A stretch of 63,938 nt of DNA, filler included, from an uncultured bacterium (lineage in GTDB: Bacteria > Hinthialibacterota > Hinthialibacteria > Hinthialibacterales > Hinthialibacteraceae), in NCBI GenBank assembly GCA_964449065.1. It is 7 parts of 7 records of this genome, joined end to end, with 100 filler letters (N's around TTAATTAATTAA, not from the genome) between each part and the next. Parts side by side here need not be neighbours in the genome. Positions count along the whole stretch, not along the records: positions 1 to 9,824 come from CAYVAZ010000193.1; 6 more parts are not named here. One strand, 5' to 3'. The notes below the pieces were generated by a model that searched no databases, was not told the origin of the DNA, and worked only from the letters and a program-made list of their open reading frames with translations. Below, piece by piece: positions 1-8,928 of this stretch. How positions within the stretch are numbered: the stretch's first letter is position 1; each line of letters opens with the position of its first letter. Made by a program: the position numbers and the translations under genes.

Positions 1-55
1 GAGGGTCCGGTTGTTCGTCTGTGGAACGTGGTTCTGGGCCCCGCCGGCTGGCCGC

Positions 56-100
56 GCGCCCGCGCTTCCTGTTCGCTGACGCGAAGAGGGTCGCGGGCGC
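56..100. other. GC-rich stem-loop upstream of yeeA
   Basis: GCGCCCGCG (56-64) pairs with CGCGGGCGC (92-100); inner TTCGC (72-76)/GCGAA (81-85). Function unknown. Confidence 0.4.
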
Positions 101-196
101 TGGAATTCGGGCATCCTTCAAGCCGTAATGCCCCGAATCGCTTCAACTTTTGCGTTATATGCGCTTAATGACCTTTTTGAGGTCTGAAACTGATTC

Positions 197-2968
197 ATGA
201 ACGCCGTTGAGATTGAAGAAGCCATATCTGAACTTGCTTCTGCACCCTTTGATGCAGAAGAGTTTCCACGTGTCTTCTTGGAATCCTTCAACAATAAGCC
301 GACGACGGTAAAGCGCCTGCTGGCGAGCGCGGCGAAGAATTCAGACGTTTCAGGCGGCGTCCTTCAATACAAGAACATCCATCTCGCCGTCGCGGCCCCC
401 GGCAAGGTCCGCGAAAAACTCGCAGAGCTTCGCACCAGCCCGAAGACGGCCGCCGGTAAGGTCCGCTTCATTCTCGCGACAGATGGCCAGACGCTTGAGG
501 CCGAAGACCTTGTCGAGGGCGATATCCGCGTTTGCGACTATCCGGACTTCGCGAACCATTTCGGCTTCTTCCTGCCGCTCGCAGGCATCACAACCGTCAA
601 GGCAATCAAGAATAACCCGATCGACATTCAGGCGACCGGGCGCCTAAATCGCCTCTACATGAAACTGGTCGAAGACAATCCAGAGTGGGGCACCGACGCG
701 CGCCGTCACGATCTCAACCAGTTCATGGCGCGGCTGATCTTCTGCTTTTTCGCTGAAGATACCGGCATCTTCCTCGGCGAAAACCTCTTCACCCTCACGC
801 TTGAACAGATGAGCGACCGGGACAATGCCCATGACATTATCGCCGAGTTGTTCCGGGCCATGGACATCCCCACGCGCCAACGCGCCGATGCGGGCTTGCG
901 CCCCTGGGCCGATGCTTTTCCCTATGTGAATGGCGGCCTTTTCGCGGGGACCAATGAAGTCCCGCGCTTCTCCCGCATTGCGCGCAGCTATCTGCTCCAC
1001 GCGGGCAGCCTCGACTGGAAAGCCATCAACCCCGACATTTTCGGCTCGATGATCCAGGCGGTCGCCGAGGATGAAGAGCGCGGCGAGCTTGGCATGCACT
1101 ACACCAGCGTGCCGAACATCCTGAAAGTGCTGAACCCGCTCTTCCTCGATGACCTGCGCGCGCAGCTCGAAGAGGCGGGCGACAATCCCCGCAAGCTCCT
1201 CAATCTGCGCAGGCGCCTCGGGCGTATTCGCGTGTTCGATCCGGCCTGCGGTTCGGGCAATTTCCTCGTCATCGCCTATAAGGAAATGCGCGCCATCGAG
1301 TCGGACATCATCGAGCGCCGCCTGCGGGTTTTGGGCGAGGATGCGAAGGCGAAGGAGCCGCGTGAGAGCGTCATCCCGCTCAAGAATTTCTTCGGCATCG
1401 AGATCAAGGATTTTGCCTGCGAGATCGCGCGGCTCTCTTTGCTGATTGCCGAGTATCAGTGCGACGTGGATGCGATGGGCCAGGAGCGCGCGGGCGAAAT
1501 CGTCCTGCCGCTCAAGGAAACGGGGCGCATCGTCTGCGGCAACGCCCTGCGGCTGGACTGGTTGGAGGTCTGCCCGCCGCCTCAGCAGGCGTCAGCGGTG
1601 GAAGAGGATTTGGCGGGTCCAACCGGACGGCCGGCGCTGGAGGCGGGCGAAGGTGGGGACTGGGAGACGTATATCTGCGGGAATCCGCCTTACTATGGAA
1701 GCAGGAAGCAATCTAAAGCGCACAAAGAAGACTTGAGAACGCTATGTGCTACAAAAATCAAGAAGTGGAAGTCTCTCGATTACGTGGCAGGTTGGTTTTT
1801 GAAGGCACACAACTATTCGCGTCAAGTCAGTTGCCTTTACGCTTTTGTGGCAACAAGCTCTCTCAACGAAGGACTACAAGTTCCTACTTTATGGCCGGAA
1901 ATACTTCAAGCTCCTAGCGAAATTCAATTTGCCCATAGACCGTTTAAGTGGGCAAACCTCGCCTCTAGAAATGCTGGCGTTACAGTGGTGGTCGTAGGCG
2001 TCGGAACGCGACGCGGCGGCATGCCAAAGCTAATATATGACGGCGATCAAGTTCAAACCGCCAACCAAATAAATGCCTATTTGGCACCGGCAAAAGAAGT
2101 ATATGTCCAAACCAGCAGTCAACCCATTTCAGATCTTCCGAATATGATTACAGGAAGCATGCCTAGGGATGGCGGTAATCTATTGCTTAGTGTCCAGGAT
2201 TCTCAATGCCTGCTTGAAGAATATGGAGTGCCAGAAAACTGGATAAGGCCATACGTTGGAACGGACGAACTTGTTAAAGGCACACAACGCCGATGCCTAT
2301 GGATTGCTGATATGCATGCCGAACAAGCCAACAAGATTGATCCGATATCTCATCGCTTAAGCGCAGTCAGAAATATGAGAGAAGAAAGTCCGCTTGAGTC
2401 TACAAATGCGTTCTCAGACAGACCCCATAGATTTGTCTATTTGGCCGGGGAATCCAAACACAGAACGGTTGCAGTTGGAGGAGTATCTTCAGAGAGACGC
2501 CCTTTTCTGCCCGTTGATGTTTATTCGCCACGAAGTGTAGTAAGTAACCTTGCCTACGCGATATATGATGCGCCAATCCACAACGTCGCATTAGTGGGGT
2601 CCAAGCTTCACCTGGTGTGGATCGCCGCAGTGTGCGGAAAATTGGAGACCCGTTATCGCTACTCCAACACACTCGGCTGGAACACCTTCCCGGTTCCGAC
2701 GCTGACGGAGAAGAACAAGGCGGACCTGACCCGCTGCGCCGAGGACATCCTTCTGGCGCGGGAGCATTACTTCCCTTCGACCATCGCCGACATGTACGAT
2801 CCCGATCGCATGGACGAGGAATTCCCCCTCGTGCGTGAGGCCCATGAACGCAATGACGAAACGCTGGAGCGCATCTATATCGGACGCCGCTTCAAGAACG
2901 ACACCGAACGCCTCGAAAAGCTATTCGACCTCTACACGAAAATGACGGCGGCGGAGGGGACGGCATGA
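197..2968 (+). CDS. yeeA: YeeA/MmeI-like N6-adenine DNA methyltransferase with C-terminal target recognition region
   Basis: 923 aa; motif I FDPACGSGNFL, motif IV GNPPY, GMHYTS and IFGSMIQ segments; MmeI-type C-terminus (YRYSNTLGWNTFP, TIADMYDP); followed by yeeB/yeeC-like genes. Confidence 0.9.
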   Translation: MNAVEIEEAISELASAPFDAEEFPRVFLESFNNKPTTVKRLLASAAKNSDVSGGVLQYKNIHLAVAAPGKVREKLAELRTSPKTAAGKVRFILATDGQTLEAEDLVEGDIRVCDYPDFANHFGFFLPLAGITTVKAIKNNPIDIQATGRLNRLYMKLVEDNPEWGTDARRHDLNQFMARLIFCFFAEDTGIFLGENLFTLTLEQMSDRDNAHDIIAELFRAMDIPTRQRADAGLRPWADAFPYVNGGLFAGTNEVPRFSRIARSYLLHAGSLDWKAINPDIFGSMIQAVAEDEERGELGMHYTSVPNILKVLNPLFLDDLRAQLEEAGDNPRKLLNLRRRLGRIRVFDPACGSGNFLVIAYKEMRAIESDIIERRLRVLGEDAKAKEPRESVIPLKNFFGIEIKDFACEIARLSLLIAEYQCDVDAMGQERAGEIVLPLKETGRIVCGNALRLDWLEVCPPPQQASAVEEDLAGPTGRPALEAGEGGDWETYICGNPPYYGSRKQSKAHKEDLRTLCATKIKKWKSLDYVAGWFLKAHNYSRQVSCLYAFVATSSLNEGLQVPTLWPEILQAPSEIQFAHRPFKWANLASRNAGVTVVVVGVGTRRGGMPKLIYDGDQVQTANQINAYLAPAKEVYVQTSSQPISDLPNMITGSMPRDGGNLLLSVQDSQCLLEEYGVPENWIRPYVGTDELVKGTQRRCLWIADMHAEQANKIDPISHRLSAVRNMREESPLESTNAFSDRPHRFVYLAGESKHRTVAVGGVSSERRPFLPVDVYSPRSVVSNLAYAIYDAPIHNVALVGSKLHLVWIAAVCGKLETRYRYSNTLGWNTFPVPTLTEKNKADLTRCAEDILLAREHYFPSTIADMYDPDRMDEEFPLVREAHERNDETLERIYIGRRFKNDTERLEKLFDLYTKMTAAEGTA

Positions 2969-3582
2969 TCGAATGGACAGACCTCATTGTTGCTGTGATC
3001 GGCCTCGCAGGTGTTTTGCTGGGCAGCCTCATTGCCGTTTCGAAAGATGCATGGGCGTCATCTCGCCAACGTCGCCGCGACGGCTCTTACGCGGCGATCC
3101 GCTTGGCGTGCCTCCTAGAGGAGTACGCTGACAAATGCATCGATGTCGTCCAGGATGATGGCACGGTCTATGGTCAGCCGGCTGGGCGTACGAGCGACGG
3201 CCAAGAGTACCTTCAGGCACAAGTCGCCACGCCTGGTCCGCCGGTTTACCCGGAAGACATCGGATGGCGCAGCCTCGACGAAAAATTGATGCACCGGATC
3301 TTGGCACTTCCGAACATGGCGCGAAGCACTGACCGCCATATCGATGCGGCTGTCGACTACGCTCACCCTCCGGATTTCGATGAGGTATTCGAAGCGAGGC
3401 AACATGGGTATGCGCGCATCGGTCTGGAGGCACTGGAAATTGCGTCGGTGTTGCGGAAGCGGTTCACGATCGGGTCCGTTGGACGTGTTTCTAACAATCC
3501 TGACTGGAATTCAGAGGTTTACTTTCGGGAGACGTTGCAAAAGTTTGAGAAGCGCCGAAAGTCGATGGAGGACGCAGTATGA
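2965..3582 (+). CDS. Hypothetical protein with N-terminal transmembrane helix
   Basis: 205 aa; ATGA overlap with the yeeA stop; hydrophobic LIVAVIGLAGVLLGSLIAV followed by basic SRQRRR. Confidence 0.75.
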   Translation: MIEWTDLIVAVIGLAGVLLGSLIAVSKDAWASSRQRRRDGSYAAIRLACLLEEYADKCIDVVQDDGTVYGQPAGRTSDGQEYLQAQVATPGPPVYPEDIGWRSLDEKLMHRILALPNMARSTDRHIDAAVDYAHPPDFDEVFEARQHGYARIGLEALEIASVLRKRFTIGSVGRVSNNPDWNSEVYFRETLQKFEKRRKSMEDAV

Positions 3583-3649
3583 TCTGTGTTCTTGCTTTGT
3601 GCTGCGACTCGCTCCAAGATCTAAGCTCTATAATCAGGAGTCTCGAACC

Positions 3650-3904
3650 ATGCCCCGCAACACTGAAAGAACAGGCAAGTCTGCTGCAAGCGCAGCCTCA
3701 AAAACCCTGCGCAGTTCGTCTGCATCAAAGCCCGCCAAATCCGCCGCTGGTTCTGCGCTTGCGCAGTCGAAAACGTCTAAAGTCAGCTCGGCAAAGGCTG
3801 CGTCCGCAGCCGGAAAGACGTTGCAGACAAAGTCTGCCAGCAAGGCGGCGAAATCTGCCGCTGCATCGACGCTCACACAACGACCAGGCCGCAAGGGCAA
3901 GTAA
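3650..3904 (+). CDS. Small basic Ala/Ser/Lys-rich protein with two internal repeats (84 aa)
   Basis: AGGAG RBS at 3636-3640 before ATG 3650; two ~32-aa repeats (AASAASKTL...SKPAKSAAGSALAQ / AASAAGKTL...SKAAKSAAASTLTQ). It is the 3' part of track ORF 3344..3904. Confidence 0.8.
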   Translation: MPRNTERTGKSAASAASKTLRSSSASKPAKSAAGSALAQSKTSKVSSAKAASAAGKTLQTKSASKAAKSAAASTLTQRPGRKGK

Positions 3905-3949
3905 TCCGGCTTGTTGGCGGCGGCCCGTTCTAAACAAGGGCATATCGCC

Positions 3950-6037
3950 ATGACCGCACCCAGAAATGTCCCTTCCGTCTCGGTGACCTATAAGCGCACC
4001 GGTGCGACGCAGAAATCGAACGAGCTGGGCATGCGCCCCATGCAGGAGCGGGCTTATGAGCGGCGCGGCGAGCAATATCTGCTGATCAAGTCGCCGCCGG
4101 CGTCTGGCAAGAGCCGGGCTTTGATGTTCATCGCCCTGGACAAGCTGCAGAGCCAGGGCCTGTCCCAGGCCATTATTGTGGTGCCTGAACGCTCCATCGG
4201 CGCGAGTTTTAATGACGAGCCGCTATCGGTATGGGGCTTTTGGTCCGACTGGCAGGTTAAACCGCAATGGAACCTTTGCAATGCGCCCGGGGCCGATGAA
4301 ATCCGCGTCGCCAAATCAAAGGTCAAAGCCGTTGGCGAATTTTTGGGCAGCGGCGATCCGGTTTTGGTTTGCACCCATGCCACGTTCCGTTTTGCCGTTG
4401 AGGCGCTTGGGATTGAGGCGTTCGACAACCGGCTGATCGCGATTGATGAATTCCATCATGTCTCCGCCGATGATGACAATGTGCTTGGCCGTCAGCTCAA
4501 GGAGTTTATTGCACGCGACAAAGTACATCTCGTGGCGATGACCGGTTCCTATTTTCGCGGCGATGCCGTGCCGGTCCTGCTGCCAGAAGACGAAGCCCGC
4601 TTCGCGACGGTGACTTATACCTATTACGAGCAGCTCAATGGCTACGAGCATTTGAAGGCACTCGATATCGGCTATTTCTTCTACAATGGTCCGTATGTGG
4701 ACGACATCGCCCAGGTGCTTGATCCTGATCAGAAAACCATTGTCCATATCCCGAACGTCAATTCCCGCGAAAGCACGCAGCGCGGCAAGACCACCGAAGT
4801 CAGCGAGATCATGCACGCGCTCGGAGAATGGGTGGGAAAGGACCCTGCCACAGGCTTTGATCTGGTGCGCCGTCCGAATGGAGATGTTTTGCGGATTGCC
4901 GATCTTGTCGATGACGGGCCGGAACGACATTCACTGGTGGTCGCCGCGCTGAAAGACCCTACTCAGAAGAATAATCGCGACCATGTCGATATCATCATCG
5001 CCCTTGGCATGGCCAAAGAAGGCTTTGACTGGATCTGGTGCGAGCATGCCCTAACGGTCGGCTATCGCTCCAGCCTCACCGAAATCATTCAGATCATCGG
5101 GCGTGCGACGCGGGACGCGCCGGGCAAAGAACGCGCGCGCTTTACTAATCTCATTGCCGAGCCTGACGCCTCTGAAGATAAGGTGACCGAAGCCGTCAAT
5201 GACACGCTCAAGGCCATCGCCGCCAGCTTGCTCATGGAACAAGTGCTGGCACCGAAGTTCAATTTCGTCCCCAGAGGCAATGGTGAGGACACAGACTTCG
5301 ACTATGGCGAGGGAGGCTATGACTCGTCCCGGACCAATGTCGGCTTCAATGAAGACCGCGGCGAATTCCAGATCGAGATCAAGGGCTTGGTGCAGCCTGA
5401 GTCCGAGGAGGCAACGCGCATCTGCCAGGAAGATCTGAACGAGGTCATCACCGCCTTTGTTCAGGACAAGAAGGTGCTGGAAACCGGCCTCTTCGACGGC
5501 GACCATGCTGGCGGCGATACGCCAGCAGAAGAGCTGACGCTGGTCCGCATGGGGAAGATCGTTCGCGACCGCTATCCGGAGCTCTCTGAAACTGACCATG
5601 AGGCCATCCGGCAACGCGCGGTCGCAGCCCTCGCCCTGACGCAGGAAGCGAGCAAGGAAGCCGCGAAAGCCGCATCAGATGGCGGCGACACCACGAAGGC
5701 CAATACCGCTCTCATCGACGGCGTTCGCAAGATCGCGATGGATGTGCGCGATCTCGACATCGATCTTATTGACCGGATCAATCCTTTCGGCGCCGCCTAT
5801 GCGATCCTGGGCAAGGCCATGAGCGAGGACAGTCTCAAACAGGTCGCCGCCGTTATTGCGGGTAAGAAAATCGCACTCAGCGAAGAAGAAGCCATGATGC
5901 TTGCTGAGCGCGCCAAGGCCTTCCTGCAGGAACGTGGTCGTCTGCCGTCTTTGACGTCGAATGACCCTTGGGAGCGCCGCATGGCCGAAGGCATCGAGTT
6001 TCTGAAGCGGAAAGTGAAGGCGGCGCGTGATGGCTGA
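3950..6037 (+). CDS. yeeB: YeeB-like superfamily 2 helicase/ATPase
   Basis: Walker A SPPASGKS, Walker B IDEFHH, motif III MTGS, motif VI QIIGRATR; start set at ATG 3950. Confidence 0.85.
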   Translation: MTAPRNVPSVSVTYKRTGATQKSNELGMRPMQERAYERRGEQYLLIKSPPASGKSRALMFIALDKLQSQGLSQAIIVVPERSIGASFNDEPLSVWGFWSDWQVKPQWNLCNAPGADEIRVAKSKVKAVGEFLGSGDPVLVCTHATFRFAVEALGIEAFDNRLIAIDEFHHVSADDDNVLGRQLKEFIARDKVHLVAMTGSYFRGDAVPVLLPEDEARFATVTYTYYEQLNGYEHLKALDIGYFFYNGPYVDDIAQVLDPDQKTIVHIPNVNSRESTQRGKTTEVSEIMHALGEWVGKDPATGFDLVRRPNGDVLRIADLVDDGPERHSLVVAALKDPTQKNNRDHVDIIIALGMAKEGFDWIWCEHALTVGYRSSLTEIIQIIGRATRDAPGKERARFTNLIAEPDASEDKVTEAVNDTLKAIAASLLMEQVLAPKFNFVPRGNGEDTDFDYGEGGYDSSRTNVGFNEDRGEFQIEIKGLVQPESEEATRICQEDLNEVITAFVQDKKVLETGLFDGDHAGGDTPAEELTLVRMGKIVRDRYPELSETDHEAIRQRAVAALALTQEASKEAAKAASDGGDTTKANTALIDGVRKIAMDVRDLDIDLIDRINPFGAAYAILGKAMSEDSLKQVAAVIAGKKIALSEEEAMMLAERAKAFLQERGRLPSLTSNDPWERRMAEGIEFLKRKVKAARDG

Positions 6038-7211
6038 CAAGACAGCTGAACAACTCCTTGCCGAACTCGGCGTTGAAATCGACGCGCCAAAAGTCGTCGC
6101 ACGCTCCCCGCAGGAGGAGCGCATCATCGCAGGCTTTGAGGACATCCAGCGATTTGCCGAAGAGCATGAGCGCGCGCCCCGTCACGCCGAAGATGGCGAC
6201 ATTTTCGAACGGATGTATGCCGTTCGGCTTGAGCGCTTGAGAGCCTTGCCTGAAGCGCGGGTCCTGCTGGAACCTCTCGATCATCAGGGGCTTTTGGGAG
6301 ACCCGACAACCGAGACACAGACGGGAGCGACAGATCCGGCAGCCTTGCTGGCCCAACTCGGCATTGATGCAGATGCCACCAATGATGTGACAACACTCAG
6401 GCACGTCAGACCAACTGTTGAGCGGAAGGCTGCGGAAGAGATAGCAAACCGCACGCCGTGCAAGGATTTCGACAAATTCCGCCCGCTATTCGAGACCGTC
6501 AAGCAGGACCTCGAAGACGGCACGCGCCAGACACGTGCTTTTGAACTCAAATCGGAAATCGAACCGGGCCGCTTCTTCATCGTCGGCGGGCAGATCGCTT
6601 ACGTCGCTGATAAGGGTGATGAATTCACCCAGGAATATGGCGACCGTGACGCACGCCTGCGCGTCATCTATGACAACGCCACCGAAAGCAACGTCCTGAT
6701 GCGGTCACTGCAGCGCGCATTGAACAAGGGCGATGCCGGTCGGCGAATAACCGATCCTGCGGCGGGTCCGCTCTTTTCGGACTTTGCTGGAGAGGGCGAC
6801 ACAGAGAGCGGCACAATCTACGTTTTGCGAAGCCGTTCTACCGATTCTCGAATCGCGGAAAACCGCGACCTGATCCATAAGATCGGCGTGACCGGCGGCA
6901 AGGTCGAAACCCGCATCGCGGGCGCTGCAAATGACGCGACCTATCTCCTCGCTGAAGTCGAAATCGTCGCCACCTACGAGCTCTTCAACATCAATCGCGT
7001 TAGGCTCGAATCGCTTCTTCACCGCTTCTTTGCAGATGCGCGCCTCGACCTCGAAATCCGGGACCGATTTGGCAGACCTGTCCGTCCCCGAGAATGGTAT
7101 CTCGTGCCGCTCGATATCATTGATGCCGTGGTGAAGGCCTTGCAGGACGGCACGATCAGTTCGCTGCGATATGATCCGGAATCTGCTAGGCTTATTATGC
7201 GTGATCGGTGA
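6030..7211 (+). CDS. yeeC: YeeC-like GIY-YIG (T5orf172/MUG113-type) nuclease
   Basis: C-terminal GTIYVLRS...HKIGVT...RI...ESLLHRFF...PREWY pattern; overlaps the yeeB stop. Confidence 0.85.
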   Translation: MADKTAEQLLAELGVEIDAPKVVARSPQEERIIAGFEDIQRFAEEHERAPRHAEDGDIFERMYAVRLERLRALPEARVLLEPLDHQGLLGDPTTETQTGATDPAALLAQLGIDADATNDVTTLRHVRPTVERKAAEEIANRTPCKDFDKFRPLFETVKQDLEDGTRQTRAFELKSEIEPGRFFIVGGQIAYVADKGDEFTQEYGDRDARLRVIYDNATESNVLMRSLQRALNKGDAGRRITDPAAGPLFSDFAGEGDTESGTIYVLRSRSTDSRIAENRDLIHKIGVTGGKVETRIAGAANDATYLLAEVEIVATYELFNINRVRLESLLHRFFADARLDLEIRDRFGRPVRPREWYLVPLDIIDAVVKALQDGTISSLRYDPESARLIMRDR

Positions 7212-7302
7212 GGCAACTTGGCAATCTAGAATCTACGGATGTTTATCACTGCGCCCGATTTAAATCTGTTACGCCTAAGCCGAATACATCTGAATTGAGC
7301 GA

Positions 7303-8676
7303 GTGATTCCGATAGATTTTCCAGACTGGTTCTTCACCAACATCCAAAACATCGCGGATCCGTCGAACAACCGACGTTTCCCGCGTCTGGCACTGGATTG
7401 GCTATTGTCTTTCGTCGACGCAGAGGACTGGCGTGCGAGGCGCACTGTTCAGGCGCGCGCCCTCTATGCCGCCGCACGAAACCAGCCTCTGGATACGTCA
7501 GGTAAAGGACGGCTCTATGAAAGCGGGGATCGCATTTCTCACATTCTGTTCCAAGTCGAGGCTTATTGCGATCATCCTCACAATTACGAACCGTGGTCCG
7601 GGAGCGCCATCATTCCAGTCTTCGAGGCACTTGGCCGCCGGCTGAATTCGGTCAAGGACGTCGAAGGCGTTCAAGCACGCGTCAAGCGCATGCTGACAAG
7701 TGAACGGTCGCAGCCCGACGGTGCCTTATTCGAGTTGCTGGTGGCCTCCGCCTATCGCCTGAACGGCTTTGCGGTGCGGTTCATCCCAGAGCAGAAAGGC
7801 GGACCTCGCACCGCAGACTTCGAAGCGGTGCGAGACGGGGTTGCCTATGATGTGGAATGCAAACGCATGTCCACCTCCGACTTTGTCGAACAGGAACGGA
7901 TTCTCGCGCGCAGTCTTTGGCGGCCTACGGCTGGCGCCCTCGCACAGTTGAAGCAAAGCACAGTCTGCACAGCGACTTTCCATCGGCCGCTCAAAGATGT
8001 GCCAGAAGACTATTTTTTGGAACACATGGACGCGTGGTTGACCGATCCCGAAACGGCTCTTTTTTGGAGCGACGACTTTGCCTCATGCTCGATTGGAATA
8101 CCTGATCTGACTGAGCTGAAAACCGTCCTCGTAACCGACATTCTGATGATGGGATCGTCCAGATTTCGGGAGCTGGTTCTCGGTAAGCATTATCCTCGCA
8201 GCAGTTTCATCGAAATTGTCGAACTAAAACCAGCATATATTCCTCGGTTTATAGAAGATGTCGGGTTCGTTATTGGATGCCGGTACAAGAGCCTATCTGA
8301 ATATTCAATGGAACGGCGAGCCAGGGATATCAGGCGGCAACTTACGAAGGCGTTTGGACAACTCCCCTCTGACCGCCCCTCCATCATCCATGTTGGCTTT
8401 GACGCGCTCGAAGAACCGGAAATCGAGGCTGTCCGCGCAGCAAAAATTGTCGATGCTGTTCGGACATTCGAAGCACCTGGAGTTCAACTCGAATGGGTCT
8501 TCGCCCATCACTTCGTGCCGGATAGCCCGCCCGATGCTGCCTGGATCTTCGACGAAACGGTCCAGAGTTTTTCGTTCGGTTCGGCTTCGGCCCCACCGCT
8601 TGAGTTTGCGTTTGTCATGCAAACCCGTCCCGAAAGCGAAAGCCCATTTGGCCATTGGACGAAACCTTTCGACTGA
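7303..8676 (+). CDS. Hypothetical protein, probable PD-(D/E)xK nuclease fold
   Basis: 457 aa; LFELLVASAY helix followed by RTADFEAVRDGVAYDVECKR (E...D...ExK). Confidence 0.6.
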   Translation: MIPIDFPDWFFTNIQNIADPSNNRRFPRLALDWLLSFVDAEDWRARRTVQARALYAAARNQPLDTSGKGRLYESGDRISHILFQVEAYCDHPHNYEPWSGSAIIPVFEALGRRLNSVKDVEGVQARVKRMLTSERSQPDGALFELLVASAYRLNGFAVRFIPEQKGGPRTADFEAVRDGVAYDVECKRMSTSDFVEQERILARSLWRPTAGALAQLKQSTVCTATFHRPLKDVPEDYFLEHMDAWLTDPETALFWSDDFASCSIGIPDLTELKTVLVTDILMMGSSRFRELVLGKHYPRSSFIEIVELKPAYIPRFIEDVGFVIGCRYKSLSEYSMERRARDIRRQLTKAFGQLPSDRPSIIHVGFDALEEPEIEAVRAAKIVDAVRTFEAPGVQLEWVFAHHFVPDSPPDAAWIFDETVQSFSFGSASAPPLEFAFVMQTRPESESPFGHWTKPFD

Positions 8677-8734
8677 AGCGCAATATTCAAGTTCGGTCAC
8701 CCCAGCCTCCCTCCGCCTCAATATCTGTTCCCAT

Positions 8735-8893
8735 CAGTCAGGTGGGCGGACGGTGCGTCTGCCAGAGCGCGGTCGCCGGTCAAGCAGGCGGGTCCGGTTT
8801 GTCTTCGATCGTCTTGAGGCCCATTCCCTGGCCAGCCTGACCGGACGCCCTGATGCGCTCCGGCTGAGCACCTCCTCGCCGCCCACCCGACTG
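8735..8893 (+). promoter_or_regulatory. Long imperfect fold-back upstream of ardA, candidate single-stranded DNA promoter
   Basis: Nested inverted repeats 8735-8749/8879-8893, 8761-8770/8855-8864 and 8776-8782/8838-8844. Promoter role is inferred. Confidence 0.55.
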
Positions 8894-8928
8894 TCGGGAA
8901 AAGAACGCGGGCGGGGAAGGAGACTGAC

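Noticed and set aside
3344..3649. N-terminal part of track ORF 3344..3904 and overlapping ORFs 3579..3953, 3634..3951
   Set aside because: They overlap the 2965..3582 gene or the small basic gene; RBS and repeat structure support only the start at 3650.
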